From the IMG/VR virus record IMGVR_UViG_3300034166_000560: 64,000 nucleotides of DNA; one strand, written 5' to 3'. The notes beneath the pieces were generated by a model. That model saw only the letters and a list, made by a program, of their open reading frames with translations. It ran no database searches and was not told the origin of the DNA. Of this stretch, positions 45,567 through 55,398 are shown one piece after another. Made by a program: the position numbers and the translations under genes. Source of the DNA: a virus. Positions within the stretch are counted from its first letter, which is position 1; each line of letters opens with the position of its first letter.

Positions 45567-46102
45567 GAGTTCTCCAATTTATTCATAATATCTTCAATAA
45601 TAAATTTCTGATCGTCTTTGTTATTATTTTTATATCTATTAGTGTTAAACATCAGAGTCATGTTTGTCATAATATTAGCAATCTTAGTTTCACGACCCTG
45701 CAACCAAGTTTCGTTCTGATTGCTACCACGTTCCTTGTATCGCTCTTGGCGAACTTCCTTATCAGTTTCTAGATAAATGATTTCAGTATCGTAATTCTCA
45801 ACACAATGTTCTAGGAACGTTGACGTGAAAAGACGATCGCCTTCGAAAAGAACGACCGCATCTTTATCTAAACTTGCTAGGAATTTAATTGCTTCTGGCT
45901 GAACCGCCATTGACATACGGTCTGTACCCGAGAAGGTTTCGCCTTCGTCATACTTACCAAGAATATAATATTTTCCATACTGAAGATAGGGAACGAGCTT
46001 CACGCTATCATAAATCTTAGACCAAACAAACTTAGTAAGAATTTCTTTCATTAACGTAGACTTGCCAGCACCTGGCTCACCACCAATCGCAATCACTTTC
46101 AT
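45563..46102 (-). CDS. P-loop kinase (5-hmdU DNA kinase-like)
   Basis: IGGEPGAGKST, LGKY, GTDR.SM, EGDRL; adjacent to aGPT-Pplase2. Confidence 0.75.
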   Translation of the reverse strand: MKVIAIGGEPGAGKSTLMKEILTKFVWSKIYDSVKLVPYLQYGKYYILGKYDEGETFSGTDRMSMAVQPEAIKFLASLDKDAVVLFEGDRLFTSTFLEHCVENYDTEIIYLETDKEVRQERYKERGSNQNETWLQGRETKIANIMTNMTLMFNTNRYKNNNKDDQKFIIEDIMNKLENS

Positions 46103-47079
46103 TACATAAACCTTTCAATACCGACACTCTCAGGTTCAACAAACAAACCTGTGCAATCTAGAACGCCATTCTCAATATATAAAGCCATTTTACTATTGTC
46201 AATCTTGTTTGTCAACAGTTTATTATTTAGAGTTTCATTTCGAGCGTCCCACATTGGTTGCCAATCAATACCATCCCAGCCATCCTTTTCACATTGAGCA
46301 ATTTCTTCTGCCTGACGATCAAGATAGTAACTCAGGTAACGACCATGTTTTACTCTGAATAACTTTTTAAAAGAACAAAGACACGTTTCCATATCGAAAT
46401 AATCAGTGTCAGGAAATTCCTCTTGAACTTCTTTTAGAATATAATATGCCTGACCGTCCAAATAGTTTATCTGTTTGGCATTTAGTTTTTGATCATACCA
46501 TTGATCTAATCCAACAGCGAGGCATAAACCGTTACGATGAGAACGAGAACCTGAATGATCTTCTAGCATTAGATTACCAGGTTCAATAGGCAGATCACAA
46601 CACTGTTTTAATGTTTGTAAATAGAACCAAGTAGAATATCTACCGAACTTATGGAACTTGGTTTTCACTTCATCCCATAGCATATCAAAGTTTTCTCTTG
46701 GCGTTCCAGTAAGAAACGGACGAAACGCTTCTATCTGGGAACGATCTCCAACCCAGTTCTTATACGATTCAAACTGCGCAGGTAAATGTCCTTTGTTCCA
46801 TTTAGTGTCTGTTTGATAACGTAGGCGTTTATAATTCTTATTGTTCCAATCCTTTAGGCGATCAAGACCAACAAGTTCCATATCAGGAAACTCATTCCAT
46901 ATCACCCATGTTGTTGGAAAATAATACGTTGTGCCGTAGATCCAAGCAATCCAGAGTTTTTGTTCTCTGTTATGCTCAAATCTTTTGAAAAGATAATTGG
47001 TCATGAATATCGCCGGATCGCAATCCTTAATGGAAAGTGACCACTTATACCAATTAATAAAGTCTTGTTTAACTTTCAA
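46102..47079 (-). CDS. aGPT-Pplase2 / amino-acid:DNA transferase-like protein
   Basis: DCDP, KFGRYSTWFY, S.SHRNGL, ETCLCSFKK, RY..YY.DR. Confidence 0.7.
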   Translation of the reverse strand: MKVKQDFINWYKWSLSIKDCDPAIFMTNYLFKRFEHNREQKLWIAWIYGTTYYFPTTWVIWNEFPDMELVGLDRLKDWNNKNYKRLRYQTDTKWNKGHLPAQFESYKNWVGDRSQIEAFRPFLTGTPRENFDMLWDEVKTKFHKFGRYSTWFYLQTLKQCCDLPIEPGNLMLEDHSGSRSHRNGLCLAVGLDQWYDQKLNAKQINYLDGQAYYILKEVQEEFPDTDYFDMETCLCSFKKLFRVKHGRYLSYYLDRQAEEIAQCEKDGWDGIDWQPMWDARNETLNNKLLTNKIDNSKMALYIENGVLDCTGLFVEPESVGIERFM

Positions 47080-47717
47080 CTCAAGAAACTTTCAAGGGAC
47101 GAATTGTTATATAATGCAGAGCGCAACCAATACTTTCCAACAGAATTTATTGCTTCTTCTACCTTTGTTTTCTTTTTTGTGCCAAAATTATGATTCTCTA
47201 AACCTTCAGAAAGAAATTGTTCGATGACTTTTTCTGGTGGCAACACCTGAGTAGGGTTATTAACTCCATACTGTTGATATTCTAATTGCTCTTTTCTTGT
47301 AGGAAATAATTTTTGATCAGAACGAAGAGAACCAGTAGGATCAACAGCCCAAAATAAAAGACCATTTCTCATATGCCATGTAACAGAAGAAGGCGTGCAA
47401 GATATCTTTAATCTATCAGAACGTTTTTCTTTGACTGCGTATGAGATATATTCTTCCCAAATCTTGGAAGCGTAACCCTTACCTTCTTTACCTTGGACAG
47501 TTACAATCTCATACAGGTTAGTATATCCAGAACGATTGTATGTTGCAAAGATAATAGAAACTATTTCATTATCTACTTCAAGAGCAACAGGCGGTGCTTT
47601 ATCGTAGTTCTTAAACCTGAACCATAGTGAATGTGCAGCTTTTAAAAAGTTTGTGTTTCTACCTTCTGGAGACTTTTCAATTATACCATTAACTTGATCT
47701 GCTGTTAAAAATATCAC
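47076..47717 (-). CDS. GNAT-like acetyltransferase
   Basis: NLYEIVT...EGKGYAS acetyl-CoA motif. Confidence 0.65.
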   Translation of the reverse strand: MIFLTADQVNGIIEKSPEGRNTNFLKAAHSLWFRFKNYDKAPPVALEVDNEIVSIIFATYNRSGYTNLYEIVTVQGKEGKGYASKIWEEYISYAVKEKRSDRLKISCTPSSVTWHMRNGLLFWAVDPTGSLRSDQKLFPTRKEQLEYQQYGVNNPTQVLPPEKVIEQFLSEGLENHNFGTKKKTKVEEAINSVGKYWLRSALYNNSSLESFLS

Positions 47718-48397
47718 TGTAAGTCCTCGATTGATGGAAACTCATACCTATTATAGCTTATAACTTTGAAATTATCAATAATGAAATGTTCAAACATAGG
47801 AGCAGCTACTTGAATATCTAATCCGCTTCTTTTTAGAATATCTGCTGTTGATGCAAATATAATACCATTTGCTCCATAAGAATAATGCAATGGTCTGGCT
47901 TCGTTACGGAAAGCAGTAATTACTTTATCTTTATCAAGAGTGCAAACCGACATGCTTGCAGGATGGAACTTATGTAAAGGGAGTTCGCCTTTCTCTAAAC
48001 AACGAAGAATAAGTTCGCTATCATTCTTTGTGATAACATCATAACCAAATGTTTCTTTCCATTGTTCTGGATTCTCCTGAGAGATAACTCCATTATGAAC
48101 AATAGAAAGTTCTTCGGTTGCCATTGGTTGATTGTAAGCAAGATCGCTAGTTGAGTAACGAACATGACCAATACAATATAGATTGCCATCTTCATTAACC
48201 CAACTAGGAATATCTTGATTGTTTATGAATGTGCAAGCATTAACAGGTTCTTTAATAGTGTGAACCTTGCCATCTTTGACATATGATACACCAGTGGCAT
48301 GTTTACCACGGATCATTGACTGAACAAAAAGCCGACGAACAAGTTCGAATTCCTGCTCGCTCGGCTTCTTGATCGCTATTCCTAGCACTCCGCACAT
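47714..48397 (-). CDS. Class II (Ntn) glutamine amidotransferase domain
   Basis: MCGV, RG.HATG, GHVRYST, NQP, HNG, DSE, RPL. Confidence 0.85.
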   Translation of the reverse strand: MCGVLGIAIKKPSEQEFELVRRLFVQSMIRGKHATGVSYVKDGKVHTIKEPVNACTFINNQDIPSWVNEDGNLYCIGHVRYSTSDLAYNQPMATEELSIVHNGVISQENPEQWKETFGYDVITKNDSELILRCLEKGELPLHKFHPASMSVCTLDKDKVITAFRNEARPLHYSYGANGIIFASTADILKRSGLDIQVAAPMFEHFIIDNFKVISYNRYEFPSIEDLQ

Positions 48398-49770
48398 TAG
48401 AAGAATGACTCCAATGAAGCAGCAGCGTCTTTACCGTATGGATCTTTCATATTATGAGCATGAAGATATTCATACCATTCTTTGTCATCCCACATTCCAG
48501 GAGAGACGCCATTCCATAGTGGACGCTGAAGTGGATGAGCCTTATTCATACGACGTTCTTCGACATATTGTTTACGTAACGCTTCATACTCATAAGACTT
48601 TAGTTCTAGCATCTTCTCACGGAAGTAACAAATTACTGAGATTCTTTCACAAGTAGAATCATCCGGATTGTTAAGAACAATAGGAGTATTACCATGAATG
48701 ATTTCGTGGTTGTTAACAAGGAGCAAATCACCGGGACGAACATTAACAGCAACACGATACTCAGGAAATACGAGATAGCCACCAGTATATTCTCCTGTGC
48801 CTAGAACGAGTAGATTAGAAAGACCAGCATCAAGATCACCAGCGTCTCGATGACAGGCAGTGCGGAAAGTTTTATTAACTGTAATTGTGGTAAATACAGT
48901 TTCTGGTACAAGGAACCGAGGATCTAACTTATCTGCAGCTGCTCGCTGATTACCCCAACGCCAAGGTAGTAATTCCTTGAAACCCTTATTCAGTGATTGG
49001 AGGAATGGGTATGCCAGTTCGAAAAGTTCTGGATGCTTTTCAGTGTATGACGTTGCACGCCCGTAAGGAATGCGAGGGTAACGATCGTACCAACCAGCAA
49101 CACCTGAGAATACGGATTGTGCGTAATTAGTGGCAGAAGCCCACTTTTCTGCGACCATTCTTGCTTCGGCATGAATTTCCTCCTGTGGTTTATTACTTAG
49201 GCCATCCACCCATTTATCAAACCAATCATGATATTCTGGATAAACCTTTGTTACCTCTGAACGCAACCAAACAACACCACGTGTTTCTTCAGCACCTTTT
49301 GGACCACCGTTTTTATATTTTTCTCTGATGGATTCGATTGATGTATCATCAATAAGAGATGCACCATCATTCATAAGGAACTCTAGTATCTCCATCTGAT
49401 ATGGAGTAACCCAATCTCTACCACCACGGCTTTGCGCTGCAAGCATTTCACCACGAGGACCAGCAGCATGGCCACGATTCTGGCTTTCAGTCGCAGCTTC
49501 TCTCAAGCCACGATAAGCCATATCCTGTTCTTCTTGACTGAAATAGTTTTTACGAAACTTGAAAGCAATACGCAATTCGTCATTGCCCTTTTCACAAGTA
49601 TCGCAAGCAGCCATACCACACTCAGCTTTTTCGAGAGGATCGCAGAGCGGGGGCATATAACAATCAGTGTCTTCTTCGATTAGAATATCGTAATTACTTT
49701 CATCGACAAACTGACCCAGAAGATGTTCGCAATCAATTTTATTCTTGGCGACAATACGTCTTACCATCAC
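48397..49770 (-). CDS. TET/JBP-family 2OG-Fe(II) dioxygenase
   Basis: FTTITVN..FRTACHRDAGD, HGNT, ERISVICYFRE. Confidence 0.75.
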   Translation of the reverse strand: MMVRRIVAKNKIDCEHLLGQFVDESNYDILIEEDTDCYMPPLCDPLEKAECGMAACDTCEKGNDELRIAFKFRKNYFSQEEQDMAYRGLREAATESQNRGHAAGPRGEMLAAQSRGGRDWVTPYQMEILEFLMNDGASLIDDTSIESIREKYKNGGPKGAEETRGVVWLRSEVTKVYPEYHDWFDKWVDGLSNKPQEEIHAEARMVAEKWASATNYAQSVFSGVAGWYDRYPRIPYGRATSYTEKHPELFELAYPFLQSLNKGFKELLPWRWGNQRAAADKLDPRFLVPETVFTTITVNKTFRTACHRDAGDLDAGLSNLLVLGTGEYTGGYLVFPEYRVAVNVRPGDLLLVNNHEIIHGNTPIVLNNPDDSTCERISVICYFREKMLELKSYEYEALRKQYVEERRMNKAHPLQRPLWNGVSPGMWDDKEWYEYLHAHNMKDPYGKDAAASLESFF

Positions 49771-50147
49771 TCAACTCCATAAAGAATAGATTTAATGTCA
49801 GGAGGGGTCCATCCTTCTGGCTTTAGAATCTTACCATCATCACGACGAATAACTTTACCATCAACTAATTTTGCCATGTTCGATCTATGGACTTCGTCGA
49901 AGACTCTATCCAAGGGAATACCGTAAGATGCAGCAGTCCCACAGACAATGTAAATAATATCAGCAAGCTCTTTAGCGATGTTTTCCAAGTCATTTTTGCA
50001 TTCACCTTGTATGTATTCTTCGTATTCTTCTTTCAAAAGTTTAATACGCAATTCACGTTCTGCGGGTTCAGGGAACACTGGAGCCTGACCAATATTCTGA
50101 CCAACTGCTGTTTGAAATTCTTTTACATCTTGATACATATTAGACAT
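49767..50147 (-). CDS. MazG-like NTP pyrophosphohydrolase
   Basis: EEYEE, ELADIIY, EVHRSNMAK, DGKILKP. Confidence 0.85.
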   Translation of the reverse strand: MSNMYQDVKEFQTAVGQNIGQAPVFPEPAERELRIKLLKEEYEEYIQGECKNDLENIAKELADIIYIVCGTAASYGIPLDRVFDEVHRSNMAKLVDGKVIRRDDGKILKPEGWTPPDIKSILYGVE

Positions 50148-50703
50148 ACATCCACTCCGGAGGGTTACGTTTTTTCCAACTATGAAGATGAGTCTTACCC
50201 ATCTTATAATAATTACGATAGTTTACAATAGGATCTTCTGAAATTTTATATTCATCGGCCATAGCAGATGGCATAAGAGTCATATCGTATTCTTCTAAAT
50301 TTTTGGGAGGAGTGCACAAAGCAAAACTCAACTCACCAAAACACTTATGTTCTTTCTCATAACGATATGTATATTCCTTCATAAGAGCGAAGAAATGATC
50401 TACGAGCCAATTATAATTCTCGACACTTGCCCGAGTCCATACACAACTCGGATGATTAATGTGCGTAGCTGAATATAGTATGTCTTCACGACCATCTCCA
50501 AGTAACCACCATTTTTTCTTTTTCGTTTTAAAAGTGCCATCTTCTTGTTCGATCTGAACTTCTAACTGTATTTCTTTACCATCAAGAACACGATGTGCAG
50601 TCGAAAGCAGCTGAGCAGATTCGAGGATCATCTTAACAACGTGACGATCTACCATCCACTCGGCAGCTTCTACAGGATTATCAGAAAGATAAAAGATATT
50701 CAT
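50140..50703 (-). CDS. Pyrimidine-dimer glycosylase (DenV-like) family
   Basis: MNIFYL...DRHVVKMILESAQLLSTAH, THINHP, YRNYY. Confidence 0.75.
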   Translation of the reverse strand: MNIFYLSDNPVEAAEWMVDRHVVKMILESAQLLSTAHRVLDGKEIQLEVQIEQEDGTFKTKKKKWWLLGDGREDILYSATHINHPSCVWTRASVENYNWLVDHFFALMKEYTYRYEKEHKCFGELSFALCTPPKNLEEYDMTLMPSAMADEYKISEDPIVNYRNYYKMGKTHLHSWKKRNPPEWMYV

Positions 50704-50833
50704 TAGTTATCCCAAGACAAGAACAATTTAACCCAAGTATAAACTAAAAATATAATAATAGCAAGCAAAATTGTTTGTTGACCACGATCCAACAAATCAG
50801 CCCATTGTTCTAGTTTATCAAAATCAAAATACT

Positions 50834-51331
50834 TCATGCTCTAATCCTCATTTCTGTTTTCTCTCCACGACGCCACTTGTTCAGAGCTTTCTCCCTGTGG
50901 AATCTATTTGCTCTATCATAGAAACGAATACCGTCTAGATGATCCATCTCATGCTGGAATACTCTAGCAGACATACCAGTAAACTGTTGTGTTCTAGTAT
51001 CCCCATTAGGGGTCGTGAATCTAACACGGACATGCTGAGGTCTTTTTATCTTAACTAACAATCCAGGAAAAGACAAGCATCCTTCTTCTAAAGAGATCTC
51101 TGCTTCACTAGGTTTAACGATCTTTGGATTGAAACAAACAAAGTTCTCTGGAGCACCACGCATGGCAAACACACGCCAAGGATATCCTACCTGATTAGCA
51201 GCTAATCCCAGACCGTTCTTTTCATACATAGTTTTTACAAGTTCTTGTGCGAACTCTAAAGGGTCAATTTGTGGGTTATTAAAATCAAACTCTTTACATA
51301 CTTCTGTAAGGTATCTATCATCAAGTTCCAT
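50834..51331 (-). CDS. def: Peptide deformylase
   Basis: GLGLAANQVG, EGCLS, QHEMDHLDG. Confidence 0.95.
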   Translation of the reverse strand: MELDDRYLTEVCKEFDFNNPQIDPLEFAQELVKTMYEKNGLGLAANQVGYPWRVFAMRGAPENFVCFNPKIVKPSEAEISLEEGCLSFPGLLVKIKRPQHVRVRFTTPNGDTRTQQFTGMSARVFQHEMDHLDGIRFYDRANRFHREKALNKWRRGEKTEMRIRA

Positions 51332-51332
51332 A

Positions 51333-53039
51333 TTACACCTGCATCTGCGAAAAGTTTTTATTTTTTATGAATCTAATTACATTACTGAATTTTTCATTCA
51401 TATGATCTTTATGCGAAATAATAAAAATATTATTATCCTTGGCAACATCATTAATAATATTAAACAAATAATCCGTAGCGTTCTGATCAAGAGAAGAATC
51501 AAACACCTCGTCCATAATCAATAGATTGGTGTTGATAGAGTTACGCATCTTAGCGATAGCTCTCCAAGTAAACAGAAGGGCCAAATCAATCTTCTGTTTC
51601 TCGCCTTCAGAGAAAGAAGCGTAAGTAAAATTATCTCTGTATCTTGATTTAATGGTTTCGTTAAACTCACCATCAAGTTCGAATGAAACGAAAAAGTCCA
51701 TAGCCGAAAGATATTTGTTAATAAGTTTATTGATTACTGGTATATATTGTTTAATAATTCTGGATTTAATACCGCCATCCTTCAACAAAGTTCCTGCCGC
51801 CATAAGAATATGTTTATCTTCTACAAGCTCGTTATACTTTATTTCTATTTCTTTCAACTCGTTTTCAAAATCAACAATCTTAGTTTCTTTGGCTTCTTCT
51901 TGAGTTTGATTGATATTATCAATCTCAGCCTGAAGTTGATTTACATATTTGGATAATGAATTAACCGTTGTTTTACATTCAGCTTTTTTAATTTCAAATC
52001 TTTGAATGTTACTCTGAATTTCTAAGATTTTATCTAAACGATCTTTGGTAGTATTAAATTCAATAGTTAGCTGAGTCAACCCCGCATTCAGCTTTTCTAT
52101 TTCTGTCTCATTATCCTTTACCATAACTTTTTTATGGTCAGAACTGATAGTCTGTTTACATGTAGGACAATTATCATTATCATTAAAGAAATTCATATCC
52201 TTCTTCATCAATTCCACTTTAGCTTCTATTTGATGACGAAGTTTCTTTAACTTCTCAATTTTCTTATTAACGCTCTCGTTGTCTTTTATTTGCATCTCGA
52301 GAGAAGAGATCTGATCTTCAAAGAACGTATACTTTTCTCTCATTTCTAGAATATGATCTGTAGTTTCTTTAATGAGAACTTCTTTTTCAGAAATAAGTTT
52401 TTCATTGTTATGATGAATCTCTTTAAGGTGCTCGTTGGTCATCTCAATCTTAGACTCAACAAGATTTTTTTCTGCATACTTACTATTAATGGCGTCGTTA
52501 TTGATTGCTACCTTATCTTTTAACAACGAATTCATAACCGTAAATATCTGCAGATCTAGAAGTTCTTCAATAATATCTCTACGTTGACCAGCTGGCAATT
52601 GCATGAACGGTTGAAAGGTCGCCGAACCTAATACGACAACCTGACAAAACGATCTTTGATTTACTTTGAGAATTTGTTTTTCTAGAATTTCTTGATAGTC
52701 TTTCATTTCAGCTGACTGATTTAAAAGGCTATCGTTCTGGTAAACTTCGAATACGTTAGGTTTAATACCACGAATAATTTTATAATTAACCGTGCCTATT
52801 GAGAATTCTATCTCTACCAAACAATTCTTTTGTGTGATTGTGTTCACAAGCTGCGGCTTGTTGATCTTTCGGAACGGTTTTCCAAAAAGACCAAAAGTCA
52901 GAGCATCCAGAATCGTGGATTTGCCAGCCCCATTCTGACCAATGATAAGCGTAGTGTCCTTGCCCGCTAGATCGATCTCTGTGAAGATGTTTCCTGTTGA
53001 AAGAAAGTTTTTCCATCGTAACTTTTTAAAATAAATCAT
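51333..53039 (-). CDS. 46: Recombination endonuclease ATPase subunit
   Basis: GQNGAGKST, CPTC hook, FSEGEK, MDEVFD. Confidence 0.95.
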   Translation of the reverse strand: MIYFKKLRWKNFLSTGNIFTEIDLAGKDTTLIIGQNGAGKSTILDALTFGLFGKPFRKINKPQLVNTITQKNCLVEIEFSIGTVNYKIIRGIKPNVFEVYQNDSLLNQSAEMKDYQEILEKQILKVNQRSFCQVVVLGSATFQPFMQLPAGQRRDIIEELLDLQIFTVMNSLLKDKVAINNDAINSKYAEKNLVESKIEMTNEHLKEIHHNNEKLISEKEVLIKETTDHILEMREKYTFFEDQISSLEMQIKDNESVNKKIEKLKKLRHQIEAKVELMKKDMNFFNDNDNCPTCKQTISSDHKKVMVKDNETEIEKLNAGLTQLTIEFNTTKDRLDKILEIQSNIQRFEIKKAECKTTVNSLSKYVNQLQAEIDNINQTQEEAKETKIVDFENELKEIEIKYNELVEDKHILMAAGTLLKDGGIKSRIIKQYIPVINKLINKYLSAMDFFVSFELDGEFNETIKSRYRDNFTYASFSEGEKQKIDLALLFTWRAIAKMRNSINTNLLIMDEVFDSSLDQNATDYLFNIINDVAKDNNIFIISHKDHMNEKFSNVIRFIKNKNFSQMQV

Positions 53040-53069
53040 TCAATATCCATATCAAAATATTGTTAATAA

Positions 53070-53435
53070 TTATATAATATCCATAGTAAATATGGCACGA
53101 ATGTAATGCTGGGGGTCGAACGGAATACGATTACGGGCGAATACAACGAAACCTAAATCCGTCCCTTTCATTACATCTTTCATTGACTTACCTGTAGTAT
53201 ATACATCATCAACAACCAAACGTAGTGGATGTCCAGGTGTAATATACTTCTCTAACGCTGTAGCCAGTTTAATGCCGCCACGAGGAATACCGTAAACACT
53301 ACCAAATCTAGTACGTTCATGAATAATCCTTGCTAAACAATCCCAGTCTGCATCAGATAATGCATCGCATTCGATTTTCCATTGTAATTCATTACCAGCG
53401 TGGGATATAAAATTTCCTTCTTGGAATAGATTCAT
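53070..53435 (-). CDS. Phosphoribosyltransferase-like protein
   Basis: GIPRGG, VVDDVYTTGKS. Confidence 0.8.
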   Translation of the reverse strand: MNLFQEGNFISHAGNELQWKIECDALSDADWDCLARIIHERTRFGSVYGIPRGGIKLATALEKYITPGHPLRLVVDDVYTTGKSMKDVMKGTDLGFVVFARNRIPFDPQHYIRAIFTMDII

Positions 53436-53591
53436 ATTAGAATCCGAACTGCTGCTTTACAATACTAACCACGTCGTCAATAATGCTGTTTAGTTCATCG
53501 TCTGTATAGTGACTAATTTCCATCTTCTCTCTAAGCAGAGCAATTACATTATTTCTAGTTTCTTCTGTTAGTTCGAACATATTATTCTCCT

Positions 53592-54650
53592 TTATTCTAA
53601 GGTCAATGCCTCATGGTATAAGTCAACAATTTTATTTTCTAATTTATTCTTATCAATACCTTTAGCTTCTGTATTCTGAATATACTTCTTAAAAATATCA
53701 ATAGTGGATTCTGCTTCGTCGATAATATCCTGATCGTCTTCAAGATTAAGATTCAAATGATCTTCTACTATCTGAATATCAATAGGGTTTTTCTTTTCGA
53801 TATTCTCAATAAACTTTTCAAACCAATAAGGATTATTTTTTTCAGTAATAATAATTTTAATTATCTTACCTTCAAATTGGTTGTAGTCAATGTCGGAATC
53901 CACAAACGTTGGATCGCCGTCGTTATACCAGAACTTATGAAACATCTTATAAGGGTTTTCGATGAACGTTAGTTCTCTCGTTTCTGTGTCAAATATATGA
54001 AAGCCTCGAGGATCATCGTAATCAGACCAAGTATACTCTGCAGGAGAACCGAGATAATAAATGTTATCACGGTGTGACCTATGATGATAATGGCCAGAAC
54101 AAACAATATCAAAACGTCCAAACACAGACGGATCGTCTCCGTGAGATACGATTGATCCTTTAAACATTTCAAACCCTTGAATTTCAAGATGTCCGAAACA
54201 AATTTGAGCATTAGTTTCCTTAATTAACTTGAGTGCATGTTCTCTGTTCTCATCGTTAATCCATGGCATTAGAAGAATATTGCAACCGTCAAAGTCAACT
54301 TCTGTTGCTTCTTCGTAAATATTTAGTGGAAACTTATTAAAAAGTTCTGTAAAAGAACTAATCTTATTAGTGTTTTTATGCATGACATCATGATTGCCTA
54401 GAATCTGATGCCAAGTAATTCCACGCTCAATAGCAGGTTCGATCAAATCTTTTCTGAGACGATAAGCAGTATTAATATTAATATACTTACGACGGTCAAC
54501 AATATCCCCACAATGAACCACGTTTCGAATGCCATTTGTATCGAGGTATTTGAAAAACACATCATCATAAAACTTTTTCATATAATCATGGAACGCAATA
54601 GAGTCATTTCTGACTCCTGCGTGACTATCGGTTAAAAGGGCGATTTTCAT
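53592..54650 (-). CDS. 47: Recombination endonuclease nuclease subunit
   Basis: TDSH.G, GD..D, GNHD, GHLE, SGHYH. Confidence 0.95.
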   Translation of the reverse strand: MKIALLTDSHAGVRNDSIAFHDYMKKFYDDVFFKYLDTNGIRNVVHCGDIVDRRKYININTAYRLRKDLIEPAIERGITWHQILGNHDVMHKNTNKISSFTELFNKFPLNIYEEATEVDFDGCNILLMPWINDENREHALKLIKETNAQICFGHLEIQGFEMFKGSIVSHGDDPSVFGRFDIVCSGHYHHRSHRDNIYYLGSPAEYTWSDYDDPRGFHIFDTETRELTFIENPYKMFHKFWYNDGDPTFVDSDIDYNQFEGKIIKIIITEKNNPYWFEKFIENIEKKNPIDIQIVEDHLNLNLEDDQDIIDEAESTIDIFKKYIQNTEAKGIDKNKLENKIVDLYHEALTLE

Positions 54651-54787
54651 TTGCTCTCACTACTGCGGCGGTGACATAATCACGAATAGCGTCAAGACGT
54701 AATAGAAGATTAGCCTTTTCGTTTTCTTTAATAGTCTTATCGTTTAATCTGTTAACAATATCCTGAATATTAACAGGCACGAGATGT

Positions 54788-55339
54788 TCATTCTTCATTT
54801 TCTTCTACCTCTGAAAATTTCTCAACTCCAACTAGCTTACTAGGTTTTTTGCTTTTTGTCAACTTATCTTCAAACGACCTAACAACATCAGCTGAATACT
54901 CATTAGATTTCAATTGAGTAGCATGTCCTTCTTCTTGCATTTCAGAGAAGATAAAGCTGTTCTCAAAATTCTTCATCTTGATATAAGTCTGTTTCTTTTC
55001 TTTTTGAATGCGACGAAGGAAAGCGTTCCATGCAATCTGGGTAAAATATGCGAACGGATTGTTTGTTTTATCAGGATTGAAATTATCAACTGCTGCAATA
55101 CAATCCATAATGCCATCGCTGATCATATCGGATTTATAAGTGTATCCAGAGAAGTTTGGCTTCTTGGCAAGGTTGTTACAAATCAAAAGAATAGACTCTC
55201 CGATATATTTCGGAACGATAGGTTCTTCTTTTCCTGCAGCCACGGCTTCTTTCAATTCATTTTTATAATGAATCATAGCTCCGTAGAGAGTCTTGTTGTT
55301 GATATAATTTGTTTTTCTTTTTGGCTTCTTTACTTCCAT
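54788..55339 (-). CDS. 55: Late-transcription sigma factor
   Basis: NYINN, YIGE, PNFSGY, MISDG, NPFAYFTQI..NAFLRRI.KEK. Confidence 0.95.
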   Translation of the reverse strand: MEVKKPKRKTNYINNKTLYGAMIHYKNELKEAVAAGKEEPIVPKYIGESILLICNNLAKKPNFSGYTYKSDMISDGIMDCIAAVDNFNPDKTNNPFAYFTQIAWNAFLRRIQKEKKQTYIKMKNFENSFIFSEMQEEGHATQLKSNEYSADVVRSFEDKLTKSKKPSKLVGVEKFSEVEENEE

Positions 55340-55398
55340 AATATATTCCTTGACATTTTTCAAGACACAGGTATAATCACTAGTGCCAGAGTTGAATA

